A program made the translations under genes and the position numbers. A stretch of 64,000 nucleotides of DNA. It comes from Eledone cirrhosa (lineage: Eukaryota). The stretch is from the NCBI GenBank assembly GCA_964016885.1, contig OZ024762.1:8308001-8372000 (forward strand). Direction: 5' to 3'. The notes beneath the pieces were generated by a model that had not been told where the DNA came from, ran no database searches, and saw only the letters and a list, made by a program, of their open reading frames with translations. This document shows positions 1 to 12,820 of this stretch, in pieces; positions within the stretch are counted from its first letter, which is position 1; every line of letters starts with the position of its first letter.

Positions 1-473
1 AAACCGGTAAAGTAAATAAATAAATATTCTTAAAAGACTCCAGTTGCATTTTCAATTTCTTTTCCTTATATTCACCAAGCATGAAGCTAATAACACTATG
101 TACTATTGACTCCTGTGTTTGTCCTTTTGAACTATATATATATACATATATATATATAACAAACAAATAGTTTCTCGGGTCATTCTACTGACATGGCTTT
201 AAAGAGGCTGTTTGCATAATTGCAAACAAATCGAATATTATTATTAATATTCGAAAAACTGAGATTACATTTATATATATATATATGAAAATGTATGACC
301 TCGATGGCAGAGCTCAAGACTTTTTGTACCTCTTTCAGTCCAGAAATAGCCGTCGAAACGGCTTGAGCTCTACCGTCGGGGTCATACATTTTCCTATTAC
401 CCACTCTACTATCCTAAGTATTGAGTACTCTGGTGCGTTATGGTCCATCTGGTTCCTTACCACATTTCCTTTG

Positions 474-515
<42 letters not shown>

Positions 516-884
516 CAAGGAGACAACAAACAGAGGTACAAAAAGTCTTATTAGTTTCACGCTTTATATGGAAAAGGAGAAAGAAAGTTTGAAGTGTCGG
601 CCTTTAGCGCTTCTTCAGGAGTACAATATTAGAGACAGGATCACAAAGGGTAGATACAGAAATAAAGGAGTCCAAGTAAAGAAAAAAAAATCGAAAATAA
701 AGAGTGTAAACAAGACAAACCATTCAGTAGTCTTGGTAATGAGATGGAACAAGATGTGTGTGTGTGTGTGTGTGTGTGCTAGTGTCGATATTGCGTGTGT
801 GTTTTATATATATATATATATATATATAAATTATATTGGGAAAAGCAAACAAGATAAAGAAGAAAAATTTACCTATTTACTTTG

Positions 885-960
885 AATATACCTACTGCAG
901 TTTCATTGAGTAAACCTCAGTTTTGAGTATTTCGAAAACTTCAACTCGTCAGGGAACATT
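885..960 (-). ncRNA. Minimal type I hammerhead ribozyme motif
   Basis: Minus strand: aatgttcc-CUGACGA-gttga...tcaat-GAAAC-ugca-GUA-ggtatatt; stem I 7/8 pairs, palindromic UGCA loop III. Confidence 0.75.
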
Positions 961-1116
961 TTCAAACAAAAAATAATTTATCTGAGTTATCCACTACAAG
1001 GGCCATAACTCTATACTGCAAAGAATGGTGTCTGACGCTCTACCGATTCTATGAATCGAATAAAACAAAATATGAAGTGGAAGATAAAAAAAAATCCCAT
1101 TGGAATGTATTTTTAC

Positions 1117-1232
1117 CTGTCTGAAGTAAAATCCATACATTGGCAGGAACTTTAGACTGTCCTTGAGGATATATCGGATCTGACCAAGCATTCCTTGACG
1201 CACAGCTAACATATTGGTGACAATCCAGTCAA
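1117..1232 (-). CDS. AGPAT5: AGPAT5 coding exon 3 (gene continues beyond window start)
   Basis: Acceptor ttcaacag|, 116 nt (V)DWIVTNMLAVRQGMLGQIRYILKDSLKFLPMYGFYFRQ, donor CAG|GTAAAA; phase matches exon 2 and completes NHQSTVD. Confidence 0.92.
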
Positions 1233-1324
1233 CTGTTGAAAGATATTGAAATAAGATTAACCCCTTTGATACCAGCCTGGTTGAAAAACAGCTCTGCTTC
1301 TATGAAACAAAACTAGCCATTTAA

Positions 1325-1765
1325 CCCTTTAGCATTTAAACCGGCCATAAATGGCTGCTCATACTTATATTAAGGCAGGGGAGTGCAACATATTCCATTG
1401 GTGGGCCACTTTTGAACATTGGAACACCTATTAGGGCCAGTCACTGTCAAAAATATGTAAGCTAATGAAAACCACAACTTCTTTCCATAACATGGAACTG
1501 GGAAATTATAACACACATAACCCTATCAGTGAAGCGCTTTAGTATAGGTCAACTAACAGAAAATTGTATTATGGTTACGAAAAAAATTCTAAGCCTACAA
1601 GGTAAAAATTAAAAATCGGTCATCATGGACCACTCTGGCTGGTCTGGTGGGCTGGATTGTGGCCTGTGGGTCGCCTGTTGCATGCCCCTGTGTTAAGATT
1701 TTGTTCTCAAAATAAATAATATAAAAATACAATAGTAAATATGGAGTAATGTCAATGCTAAAGGG
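1325..1765. mobile_element. piggyBac-type MITE interrupted by a hAT MITE
   Basis: TTAA|CCCTTTAGCATT ... AATGCTAAAGGG|TTAA ends; nested insertion at 1376-1690. Confidence 0.75.
1376..1690 (+). mobile_element. hAT-type non-autonomous element (315 bp)
   Basis: TIRs CAGGGGagTGCAACA / TGTTGCAtgCCCCTG; imperfect 8-bp TSD tattaagg / tgttaaga; same family as 59092-60483. Confidence 0.75.
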
Positions 1766-2196
1766 TTAAAAGATTTTCTATTTAACCTTTTTTTAAAACA
1801 ACCCAACAAAATCTGGCTTTGTTTTCATGAAAATAAACCAACCAATTTTAAATGGTTCCTGTTTAACCCTTTAGTATTTACATTACTCAATATTTACTAT
1901 CATATTTTCATGGTAAAGGCTTTATTTCACATACATCTTAGGTATGTTATCTTTGGTGACAATTCAGTTGGCTTTCTCGCCCACTTTACTGTAATATTTA
2001 TTTTGGCTGACTCTTGTTCCTTGCTGATTAGTATTGATTTTGTTATATTCAATATATTTACACACATATATACACATAGAGATAGATAGACATACACACA
2101 TACTTCTGTGCATGCATGCATCATCATTGTTTAATGTCTATTTTCCGTGCTTTCATGGGTTAGACTTATGTATAAAACTATATCTATCTATCTATA

Positions 2197-2579
2197 TCAT
2201 CATTTCATTTTACGTTCGCTTTTCCCTGCTTGCAAGAATGGGACAGGAACTGATTCTGGCTTGATTTCTAAAGCTGGATGCCCTTCCTAACACCAACCTC
2301 ATTTACAGTGAGTGCTGGATGCTTTTTTTCCATGGCGCCTACACGTCCACTTTACACTGTGGGCTGGGTGCTTTTTTGCCGTGGCACCTCCACGACCACT
2401 TTGGTAGTGGAATGATAGGGAACCCAGTCCTATCATCTCATTTCTACAGCTGAGTAAACTGGAGCAATGTGAAATAAAGTGTCTTGCTCAAGGAAACAAC
2501 ACATCACCCGGTCTGAGAATTGAACTCACAACCTTTCGATTGCAAGGCCAATGCTCTAACCACTAAGCCATGTGCCTCC
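2197..2579 (-). mobile_element. tRNA-derived CORE-like SINE family A
   Basis: Head tggcttagtggttagagc (A box), gagttcaattct (B box), body ccttgagcaagacactttatttcacattgctccag, (ATG)n tail; copies at about 7780-8111(-), 9611-9750(+), 31470-31868(-), 48315-48662(-), 49840-49990(+), 63762-64000(+). Confidence 0.8.
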
Positions 2580-2787
2580 ATATATCATATATATATTTAT
2601 ATATAGGTATACGAGATATGTAAATGTTAGTAATAAACCCTAGTGTACCGCATGTCTAATCCTCTTTTTACGTTATATATATATTTATATATATGTGTGT
2701 TAAGTATTTCCGTGGAAAAGGTAAAGGAAAGCACAGTGCTCTATGTATAGTACAGAGCTATTGTAATTATATATATGTATATATATA

Positions 2788-2820
<33 letters not shown>

Positions 2821-3326
2821 TGACAGTTGATCGACAACAGCCCAGACCTCACTCGATTAACATGTTTACATTGGTCTTTCCAATTGCTAATACTATCTGT
2901 CAGTCACAGGTCCAGGCAGAAGGAGCAGCGTGAAATAAAGTGAAGGCGTGTGGATGTCCTGACACCAAAATGAACATTTTACAGTGTGTCCTCGGTGGTT
3001 TTTGTCATGCCACCAAATCAACAACTTTACAGCATGGAGTGGGCATTTTTGTTGTGACATATATATATATATGTATATGTGTGTATATGTGTATATATGT
3101 GTGTATATGTGTGTATGTGTGTATATGCAAAATGTAAACTGGCTGGATGCCCCCTTCCTATCACTAGCACCATTTTAAAGCATGGACTGAGTACTTTTAT
3201 TTGTGCCACCAACACTATACTATACTAGAGAGGTTGTTTTACTGGACTCAGGGGCTGAAATAACAAAACACACACACACACACACACACAAGTATCATAA
3301 AAGATTTATCCACATTTCAATGTCAC

Positions 3327-4010
3327 CCCAGTTACATGTATACCAAACAAGACTGATATCAGCTCGAGTTTGATCCCAGTTACATGTATACCATACAAGA
3401 CTGATATCAGCTCAAGTTTGATCCCAGTTACATGTATACCAAACAAGACTGATATCAGCTCAAGTTTGATCCCAGTTACATGTATACCAAACAAGACTGA
3501 TATCAGCTCGAGTTTGATCCCAGTTACATGTATACCAAACAAGACTGATATCAGCTCGAGTTTGATCCCAGTTACATGTATACCAAACAAGACTGATATC
3601 AGCTCGAGTTTGATCCCAGTTACATGTATACCAAACAAGACTGATATCAGCTCAAGTTTGATCCCAGTTACATGTATACCAAACAAGACTGATATCAGCT
3701 CGAGTTTGATCCCAGTTACATGTATACCAAACAAGACTGATATCAGCTCGAGTTTGATCCCAGTTACATGTATACCAAACAAGACTGATATCAGCTCGAG
3801 TTTGATCCCAGTTACATGTATGCCAAACAAGACTGATATCAGCTCAAGTTTGATCCCAGTTACATGTATACCAAACAAGACTGATATCAGCTCGAGTTTG
3901 ATCCCAGTTACATGTATACCAAACAAGACTGATATCAGCTCGAGTTTGATCCCAGTTACATGTATGCCAAACAAGACTGATATCAGCTCAAGTTTGATCC
4001 CAGAACATGT
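3327..4010. repeat. 48-bp minisatellite (about 14 copies)
   Basis: Unit cccagttacatgtataccaaacaagactgatatcagctcgagtttgat. Confidence 0.95.
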
Positions 4011-5277
4011 AGAACCATAGAAAAGAAGAAATAGCTCAGACAATTTTGTTGAAGACTCTATTTATTCGGCCAATCTATTGCCTAAAAGTGATCAATTGAT
4101 TTAGTTTAATCTGACGTGTGAAAGGTTAGAGTGTAACGGTTGTTGGGAGATGAGGAAACATTAGGTTAATATATCGAGGGTGGACTTCAGTCTAGTGTCG
4201 TAGTAAGTACGGTAATATGAATGGAAGGGTGGGGAAGGGGGGGGGCATGGCTCGAGGGATGGGGGAACAAGATTCTTGTGGTCATGATGATGATGGAGCA
4301 GAGGAGAATAGTGATAATAGTGATGATAATGATGATAATGGTGAGTACAATGATGATGATGATGATAATGATGATAATGATAATGATAATGATGATGATG
4401 ATGTTCATTATAATGATGATGATGATGATGATGGTGATGGTGATGGTGATAATGATTATGATGGTGATGATGAAGATAATGATGAGAATGGTGATTACAA
4501 TGATGGTGATGATGGCGATGATAATGATGATGATGCTAATGGCGATGGTGATAAGTATGATGATGGTGATGATGATGATGATAATGGTGGTGCTAGTAGT
4601 AATGATGTATGTAACAATAATGATAAGAATTTCTTAATTTGCCAGATGAGGATAAATCCTCACCACTGCCTAATGTCTGCTTTCTTATCCATATATATAT
4701 AAATATATATAAAGAAGGTTTACTACACTTTAGAGAGCTTTATAGTTTTACATTATAGAGGAGTTAACTACACTATAGAGCACTTACACTATAGTAAGTG
4801 AGTATACTACACTATTGAGAGCTAACATTAAAGAGAGTATAGCTTATAGAGATTTCACATTAGAGATTTACACTACAGAGAGATAGTTTATAACCCTAGT
4901 AAGTATAAACAATATAAAATTTACATTAGAGAGAGTTCACATGATAGAGAGGTGGTTTACTACACTATAGAGAACTTACAACACTATGGAGCGTTTACAG
5001 CACAGACAGGGAGTTTATTGCACCAGATGGCAGTAATCGACAATAATAAAGACTTCAATATGATTACAGAAACGATAGCTGGTGTTTAGTGTTTTTTCTG
5101 ACATGGCCAGATGGTACAATAAGAAGTGTAACATCTGACCATGTGTCTCATCATCATCATCATCTTAGTTTTTATTCTTGAACTGCTTTAAGTCATTAGA
5201 CTGCAGGTATGTTGGGCTACTTCCTTGAAGAGGTTTATTAATTCAATCATATCAACCCCAGTACTTACTTGTTTTAA

Positions 5278-5498
5278 CCCTTTAGCATTTAAACCGGCCA
5301 TATCCGGCCAGAATCCTCTCACCTCTTCCTGTTCAAATTGGCCATAACCGTCTGTTCATACTTATGTTTAGGTATTGTTCTCAAAATAAATAACATCAAA
5401 ATCTTGAAGATTCGATATTATGTGAGATAATTATGTGAAGTAAAGTGTTTACCATGAAAATATAATAGTAAATATAGAGTAATGTAAATGCTAAAGGG
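5278..5498. mobile_element. piggyBac-type MITE (221 bp)
   Basis: Perfect 14-bp TIR CCCTTTAGCATTTA / TAAATGCTAAAGGG with TTAA on both sides; other copies at about 14769-14976, 24233-24454, 46623-47261 and 61651-61871. Confidence 0.8.
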
Positions 5499-5771
5499 TT
5501 AAGTCTGGTATATATTTTATCAATTTCTTTTTGTTGAAGTTATAAGGTATAAACACACAAAAAGTAAATCCCACCAAACTCTTGATTATTTTCAGAATGA
5601 TTTGAAAACCATTGTCTTTCATTAGAGATATGGTAACAGACGGGTTAAAGTGTTTATATTTATCTAAAAGCTATCCATCATAATTTTATATCAGAACCTT
5701 TGATAGGTTATGTTCCAAACACCAGATAAATAATGAGAAAGATTGTTATATTACTAAATCTGAAAACCATT

Positions 5772-6868
5772 GGCAGTGTCTTTCATTAGATATATCGAAA
5801 CAAAAGGGTTAATGACATAGGCAGTATCTTTCATTAGAAATATGGTAATGAAAAGGTTAATGACATAGGCAGTATCTTTCATTAGAAATATGGTAATGAA
5901 AAGGTTAATGACATAGGCAGTATTTTTCATTAGATATATGGTAACAAAAGGGTTAATGACATAGGCAGTATCTTTCATTAGAAATATGGTAATGAAAAGG
6001 TTAATGACATAGGCAGTATCTTTCATTAGATATATGGTAACAAAAGGGTTAATGACATAGGCAGTATCTTTCATTAGAAATATGGTAACAAAAGGGTTAA
6101 TGACATAGGCAGTATCTTTCATTAGATATATGGTAACAAAAGGGTTAATGACATAGGCAGTATCTTTCATTAGATATATGGTAACAAAAGGGTTAATGAC
6201 ATAGGCAGTATCTTTCATTAGATATATGGTAACAAAAGGGTTAATGACATAGGCAGTATCTTTCATTAGATATATGGTAACAAAAGGGTTAATGACATAG
6301 GCAGTATCTTTCATTAGATATATGGTAACAAAAGGGTTAATGACATAGGCAGTATCTTTCATTAGATATATGGTAACAAAAGGGTTAATGACATAGGCAG
6401 TATCTTTCATTAGAAATATGGTAATGAAAAGGTTAATGACATAGGCAGTATCTTTCATTAGATATATGGTAACAAAAGGGTTAATGACATAGGCAGTATC
6501 TTTCATTAGAAATATGGTAATGAAAAGGTTAATGACATAGGCAGTGTCTTTCATTAGAAATATGGTAACAAAAGGGTTAATGACATAGGCAGTATCTTTC
6601 ATTAGATATATGGTAACAAAAGGGTTAATGACATAGACAGTATCTTTCATTAGATATATGGTAACAAAAGGGTTAATGACATAGGCAGTATCTTTCATTA
6701 GAAATATGGTAATGAAAAGGTTAATGACATAGGTAGTATCTTTCATTAGATATATGGTAACAAAAGGGTTAATGACATAGGCAGTATCTTTCATTAGAAA
6801 TATGGTAATGAAAAGGTTAATGACATAGGCAGTATCTTTCATTAGAAATATGGTAATGAAAGGGTTAA
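5772..6868. repeat. 48-bp minisatellite (about 22 copies) ending 12 nt from AGPAT5 exon 2
   Basis: Unit aatgacataggcagtatctttcattagatatatggtaacaaaagggtt with two interspersed variants. Confidence 0.95.
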
Positions 6869-6880
6869 AGTGTAACTTAC

Positions 6881-6959
6881 CTGTGCTCTGGTGGTTGGAT
6901 ATATAGATGACATTTTCAGGTTTACCAAACAGTGCATCGACATCACCATAGAGATGAAG
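6881..6959 (-). CDS. AGPAT5: AGPAT5 coding exon 2
   Basis: Acceptor tgttgtag|, 79 nt LHLYGDVDALFGKPENVIYISNHQST+G, donor AG|GTAAGT; carries the start of acyltransferase motif I NHQSTVD (NHX4D). Confidence 0.92.
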
Positions 6960-8399
6960 CTACAACAGGAAATGTTGAACAAATTTCTCCATTAGCAACT
7001 TACATAAAATTGATGAGAGCTAAGGGAAGAAAACAAATGAAACAGTTGATGTCAACCCGAACCCTTCTGATACTAAATTCACCATTGGTACACAGTTGGC
7101 TTCCCACAGATGTGAACCTCAAGAGCAGGAATGGCTATTCCAGTGGGTCTCCCTCACCATCCTCTAGAGAAACGCCTTCTCTACTCTGTCCGCCGAGGCT
7201 AGGGGCAGCCAGTGCGTGGGTCCCCATTTGCTCACAATAGTGAGAGATGGGGAGGGCGGGAGAGACAGAGGCAGTGAGAGTTTGGTTCCTTTGTGATTGG
7301 ACCTGGTGTATATATGAGAGATGGGGAGAGCGGTAGAGATGGAGGCAGTGACAATGGGAGTTTGGTTCCTTTGTGTTCGGATGATGATGATGATAATATA
7401 TATACTATATATGCTGCCGTACAAGTCAATCCAGCGCATAGGTTAACCCCTAAAATTCTGAGGTGTAATTCAGGTTTAGGCCTATATTCTCCAGATAAGC
7501 CCCCCCCCCCCCCCACACACACACACCAAAAAAAAAATAAGGTAATACCATCTTCCAGCCCTAGATACACTTACCATTCTTTATTCTTTACTAACTGAAT
7601 AAACCAGCCTAGCTTAACCTTAACGAACTTATGGTAACCTACCCCATGAGCTATGGCATATCATTGATAGTATTATAATCTCTACGTGGATAGTATTATT
7701 ATAAAGGGCGATGAAATGGCAGTATCGGTAGAGGGTCGGACGCCATGCTTTCCAGCATAGTTACGTCCCTTTACGATCATGATCATCATCATTTCATTTT
7801 ACGTCCGCTTTTCCTTGCTTGCAAGGGTGGGACGGGAACTGATTCTGGCTTGATTTCTACAGCCGGATGCCCTTCCTAACACCAACCTCATTTACAGTGA
7901 GTGCTGGGTGCTTTTTTGCCGTGGCACCTCCACGACCACTTTACAGTGGAATGATAGGGACCTCAGTCCCTATCATCTCATTTCTACAGCTGAGTAAACT
8001 GGAGCAATGTGAAATAAAGTGTCTTGCTCAAGGAAACAACACATCACCCGGTCTGAGAATTGAACTCACAACCTTTCGATTGCAAGGCCAATGCTCTAAC
8101 CATTAAGCCATATATATATATATATATAAACACATCATATATTGTGAGTCCTATATATTTTTCCAGTACCAGGTGAAAGAATATTAAAAACAATATTTAA
8201 CACCACACAAGACGTGTGGTGATGTAAAAGAAAACAAAAAGGGTCACCACCCCACTTCACATCCCTAAAATGATAAGAGTTAACATTGCTGAAAGATCAC
8301 AAAATAGGAACTGTAGGTCAAAAATAAAAAAATCAATAAAATTGAATATTGAAATGAAATTCAGGAAAAATAACGTTCAACAAGAAACCTTCTATAGAA

Positions 8400-9062
8400 C
8401 ACAGGTTCTCAACCCATTTAGGCCAAACGCCTCCTTTTGTCCCTCGAAATCACGAAACGCCCCCTCCCCCCTCTATTTTTCCATTTTTCAGTATACTACT
8501 GATTTTTATATCAGTAGATTACTAAAAAATTGATTAACAATATTCCAAAGATGTGTGTATTATCTGATTATGTGTTGTATGTGGTCCTAGATGTGTGTGC
8601 TACTCGCTTCTGTTTTTTCTTTTCTTTTTTTTTTATTTGTAATATTATTTATACAATAGGGAATAAAATAGATCTACATAGTGTTAACTCGTTACAGTTG
8701 AGTCAATAATGTCAGACATGAAATACATTGTTATCGGTGAAGGAAAGATAAGATTCTAACTGGCTGCGCTCAAAGTGTCTTTGACCCAGTTGACTGTGGG
8801 TTTTTCCATTTTTAGGATCTCAATTACCGGACACGCCTGCACACCTGCGGTCAGACTATAGTTATGCTGTCTGCAAGCTCATTCAAATGCATTCACACTG
8901 GTTGTCTCAAAGACATACAAATATGGCTTATAAAACTTACCAAAATAAAGAGCCTTCCAGCGCCCCCTAACCTCCCTCCCCCAGCTCCAAACGCCCCCCT
9001 AACGCGACCTTGCTCCCAAACGCCCCCTGGAGTTCCGAAGCGCCCCCCGTTGAGAACCTTTG
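8400..9062. mobile_element. hAT/Charlie-like non-autonomous element
   Basis: TIRs cacaggttctcaac / gttgagaacctttg; flanks ctatagaa / ttctagaa (imperfect 8-bp TSD, TCTAGA-like target). Confidence 0.6.
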
Positions 9063-9399
9063 TTCTAGAACAAATTACCTACTAAATTCAAATTAAACTG
9101 TCACAACTGGTTTTTACTGGTTCAAACCAGTTGCTGTTGTTATTATCATTATGTGGTGCATTGGCAGTGTCAGTAGAGTGTCAGACAACATGCTTTGCAG
9201 CATAGAGTAACGGCCCTTTACGTTTTGAGTTCAAATCCCGCCGAGGTTAATTTTGCCTTTCATCCTTACAGGGTTAATAAAAAAAGTACCAGTAATGCAC
9301 TGGGGTTGATTTATTCAACTTTCCCCTCCCCCAAAATTGCTGGCCTTTTGCCTATAGTAGAAATTCTTCTTATTACTATTAGTATGTTGGAGTATCAGG

Positions 9400-9590
9400 T
9401 GGTGGATTGGCAGTATCGGTAGAGGGTCGGACGCCATGCTTTGATGCATAGAGTTACGGCCCTTTCCAATCTGAGTTCAAATCCCGCCGAGGTTAACTTT
9501 GCCTTTCATCCTTACGGGGTTGATAAAATAAAGAACCAGTAATGCACTGGGTAATTGCTGGCCTTGTGCCAAAAGTAGAAACAATTATTA
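9400..9590 (+). mobile_element. tRNA-derived SINE family B (MetaSINE-like central domain)
   Basis: A box tggcagtatcgg, B box gagttcaaatcc, central gcctttcatccttacggggtcgataaaataaagtaccag; many copies (9155, 14020, 14280, 23520-24130 cluster, 30290, 46400, 56798, 57645, 57965, 58803, 62440). Confidence 0.75.
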
Positions 9591-10264
9591 ATATGTTGGA
9601 GGATGTGAAGGTGCATGGCTTAGTGGTTAGAGCATTGGACTTGCAATCGAAAGGTTGTGAGTTTGATTCTCGGACCGGGTGATGCGTTGTGGGCTTCAGC
9701 AAGACCCTTTATTTCACATTGCTCCAGTTTAATCAGCTGTAGAAATGAGTTGCGACATCACTGGTGCCAAGCTGCATCTGCCATTGCCTTTCCCTAGGAC
9801 AACATCATATATAGTGTATATATAATATACATAGTGTATATATGTGTATATAGTGTATATATGAGTTGCGACGTCACAGGTGCCATGCTGTATCGGCCAT
9901 TGCCTTTCCCTTGGACATCATATATAGTGTATATATACTGTACATAGTATATAAATGATGTATAAATCAGTTGTGATGTCACTGTTGCCAAGCTGTATCA
10001 GCCATTGCCTTTCCCTTGGACAACATTGGTGGCGTGGAGAGGGGAGACTGGTATGTATGGGTGACTGCTGGTCTTCCACAAACAACCTTGCCTGGACTTG
10101 TGCCTCGGAGGGGAACTTTCTAGGTGCAAATCCCATGGTTATTCGTGACCGCAGGGGGTTTTCTCTCTCTGTTGGTGGATTGATAGAAACATCAGACAAA
10201 ATGTTTGCAATATTTGGCTATGGTAGTTTAAGTTATCTGGAAAAAGGGGACAGTGCTCATTGTA

Positions 10265-10857
10265 TTATAGGTCCTCTAAGAGTGACTGCAGGAAAGGGAT
10301 AGTCCCCATTACATTATAGGTCCTCCAAGTGTGTCTGGAAGAAGGGACAGAGCCCATGCTGTTATAGGTCCTCCAAGAGTGTCTGGAGGAAAGGGCAGTG
10401 CCCATGGTGTTATAGATCCTCCAAGAGTGTCTGGAAGAAGGGGCAGTGCCCATGGTATTATAGGTCCTCCAAGAGTGTCTGGAGGAAGAGACAGAGCCCA
10501 TGCTGTTATAGGTCCTCCAAGAGTGTCTGGGGGAAGGGGCAGTGCCCATGGTATTATAGGTCCTCCAAGAGTGTCTGGAGGAAGGGGCAGTGCCCATGCT
10601 GTTATAGGTCCTCCAAGAGTGTCTGGAGGAAGGGGCAGTGCCCATGGTATTATAGGTCCTCCAAGAGTGTCTGGAGGAAGGGGCAGTGCCCATGCTGTTA
10701 TAGGTCCTCCAAGAGTGTCTGGAGGAAGGGGCAGTGCCCATGGTGTTATAGGTCCTCCAAGAGTGTCTGGAGGAAGGGACAGAGCCCATGCTGTTATAGG
10801 TACTTCAAGAGTGTCTGGGGGAAGGGGCAGTGCCCATAGTGTTATAGATCTTCCAAG
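10265..10857. repeat. 48-bp minisatellite (about 12 copies)
   Basis: Unit ttataggtcctccaagagtgtctggaggaaggggcagtgcccatg(c/g)t(g/a). Confidence 0.95.
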
Positions 10858-11049
10858 ATCAGTAAGATTGATGTTGTTGGTGTAGAAAGGCTAGGAGCAA
10901 GGAGAAAGTTCCAGAGAAGGAGGACAAAGTAATTTAGAGGTTTGTTTTTGGCCAAGAAATGACTCCTCTCCTCCCCTCTTCTCCCAGCCAGCCAATGACT
11001 CCCCACCCAACTGATGATTCCTTTCAACAGTGGCTCCTATCTCCAACCC

Positions 11050-11585
11050 CCTAACTAACAAATGACTCCCCTCACCCTCCACCAGGCAGCCAATGCCCCC
11101 CCCCCCCCCCCCCCCCCCCCTCCAGCCAACCAATGACTCCCCTCCCCACCCCCAGCCATCCAATGACACCCTGCCCTTCCCCTAGCTAACAAATGACTCC
11201 TCTCCCCACCCCAGCCAACCAATGACTCCCTTCCCCACTCCCAGCCAACCAACGACACCCCTACCCCCCGACCCTACACCCTAGCCAAACAATGACTCCC
11301 GCCACCCCCAGCCAACCAATGACACCCCTACCCCGCTCCCCACCCTAGCCAACCAATGACACCCCTACCCCGCTCCCCACCCTAGCCAACCAATGACACC
11401 CCTAATCCCCTCCCCACCCTAGCCAACCAATGACACTCCTACTGCCCTCCCCACCCCAGCCAACCAATGACACCCCTAATCCCCTCCCCACCCTAGCCAA
11501 CCAATGACACCCCTAATCCCCTCCCCACCCTAGCCAACCAATGACACCCCTCCCCCTCCCCACCCTAGCCAACCAATGACCCCTT
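11050..11585. repeat. C-rich minisatellite, about 37-38 bp unit
   Basis: Unit approx. ccctagccaaccaatgacacccctaatcccctccccac. Confidence 0.85.
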
Positions 11586-12681
11586 ATCTCCTCCTTACCT
11601 TTCATAGCAAGTCCAGAGCTTCTAACACAGGTGGTAAGGCAGGTGTGGTGTGTCAGACAGGCCTGAGTGGGTGGTTACAGGTAATTAGCCAGTTCAGTTC
11701 CAGAAGTTCTAATCCAATTAGTTCTCATTAACGATCTTTGTTCGTTATATACCCATCATCTGGTTTCACTAATTATCTATGATAACATCTTAGCAGCTCT
11801 AACGAGTTTAAGTTGATGTAATTAGAGATGTAGTACAGAGGTTAATTGAAAATAAGGAATGGACCACCTGGATAAGGTTTCCAGGTACTAATTCTTTGAT
11901 GATGAGTGTAGGTATGGCTTTCTTCTGAGTGTGTGGCTGCACATGCATGTGTGTGTGTGTGTATGTGATATATGTGTCCGTGTGCGTGTGTTACTGTGAG
12001 TGTGTCAGTGTGAGTCTGTGAGTGAGTGTCTTGTGAGAGTGTTAGTGTGTGTATGTGTATGTTAGTGTGTGTGTGTGTATGTGTATGTTAGTGTGTGCGT
12101 GTGTGTGTTTGTGAGTGTGTCTCTGTGTCGTGTGTGTGTGTCTGTGAGTGTATCTTGTGTGTGTGTCTTGTGTGTGTGTGTGTGTGAGTGTATCTGTAAG
12201 TCTGTCACTGTGCCGTGTGTATGTCGGTGAGTGTCTGTGTGTGAGTGTGTCGCATTGTGTGTATGATATGTATGTATGATATGTATGGGGTTAATCCAGT
12301 GTTCTAATTAGCTTGTTCTAAGTTGACTTGGCAAGCTAATTAGAACACTGGATTAACCCCTTTACTTTCCTCCGAAGAAGAGATATTATCTCGAAAATTA
12401 AGGATATTCAAATAAATTTAAGGTAAAAGACTAATTGTCAGCAATATCTTTTGCATTTGTATTTATATTCTATATCCATACCTGCATTGTTTTGGCCTTC
12501 TAACTCTAAACGTTTATACCTCATTATGCAATGCTTCAAGTAAACTACAATTTCCTCCTTTCATATATATATATATATATATATATGTGAAGTAATTCCG
12601 TCGGAAAAGTCCAGGAAAAAAGAGTGCTCTATGTAGGTAACAGAGCTTAATAGTTATGTAATAAACAACATAAGGCAATTA

Positions 12682-12741
12682 TTCCATTTACCAGTGGTTT
12701 CTTAAAAGCAAAAAATTTTGCTTTCAATCATCAGAATGAAA
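12682..12741 (-). ncRNA. Type I hammerhead ribozyme motif (left arm of inverted repeat)
   Basis: Exact reverse complement of the plus-strand motif at 12761-12820. Confidence 0.75.
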
Positions 12742-12760
12742 AAGAAATACACCAGGATTT

Positions 12761-12820
12761 TTTCATTCTGATGATTGAAAGCAAAATTTTTTGCTTTTAA
12801 GAAACCACTGGTAAATGGAA
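12761..12820 (+). ncRNA. Type I hammerhead ribozyme motif (right arm of inverted repeat)
   Basis: tttcatt-CUGAUGA-ttgaaagcaaa(attt)tttgcttttaa-GAAAC-cactg-GUA-aatggaa; stem I 7 bp, stem II 11 bp, short stem III. Confidence 0.75.

Noticed and set aside
590-625. Possible minus-strand hammerhead (CUGAAGA...GACAC)
   Set aside because: GAAA is mutated and no stem III/stem I partner is recognisable
3306-4043. Long repetitive ORFs on both strands, and a possible CRISPR array
   Set aside because: Pure 48-bp tandem repeat with no unique spacers; the ORFs arise because the unit is a stop-free multiple of 3; eukaryotic intron context
5754-6842. 362-aa ORF
   Set aside because: Translation of the 48-bp minisatellite inside AGPAT5 intron 2
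9400-9500. Possible tRNA genes (A and B boxes)
   Set aside because: These are SINE heads continuing into shared SINE bodies; no complete cloverleaf
10265-10885. 174-aa and 184-aa repeat ORFs
   Set aside because: 48-bp tandem repeat; no splice or homology support
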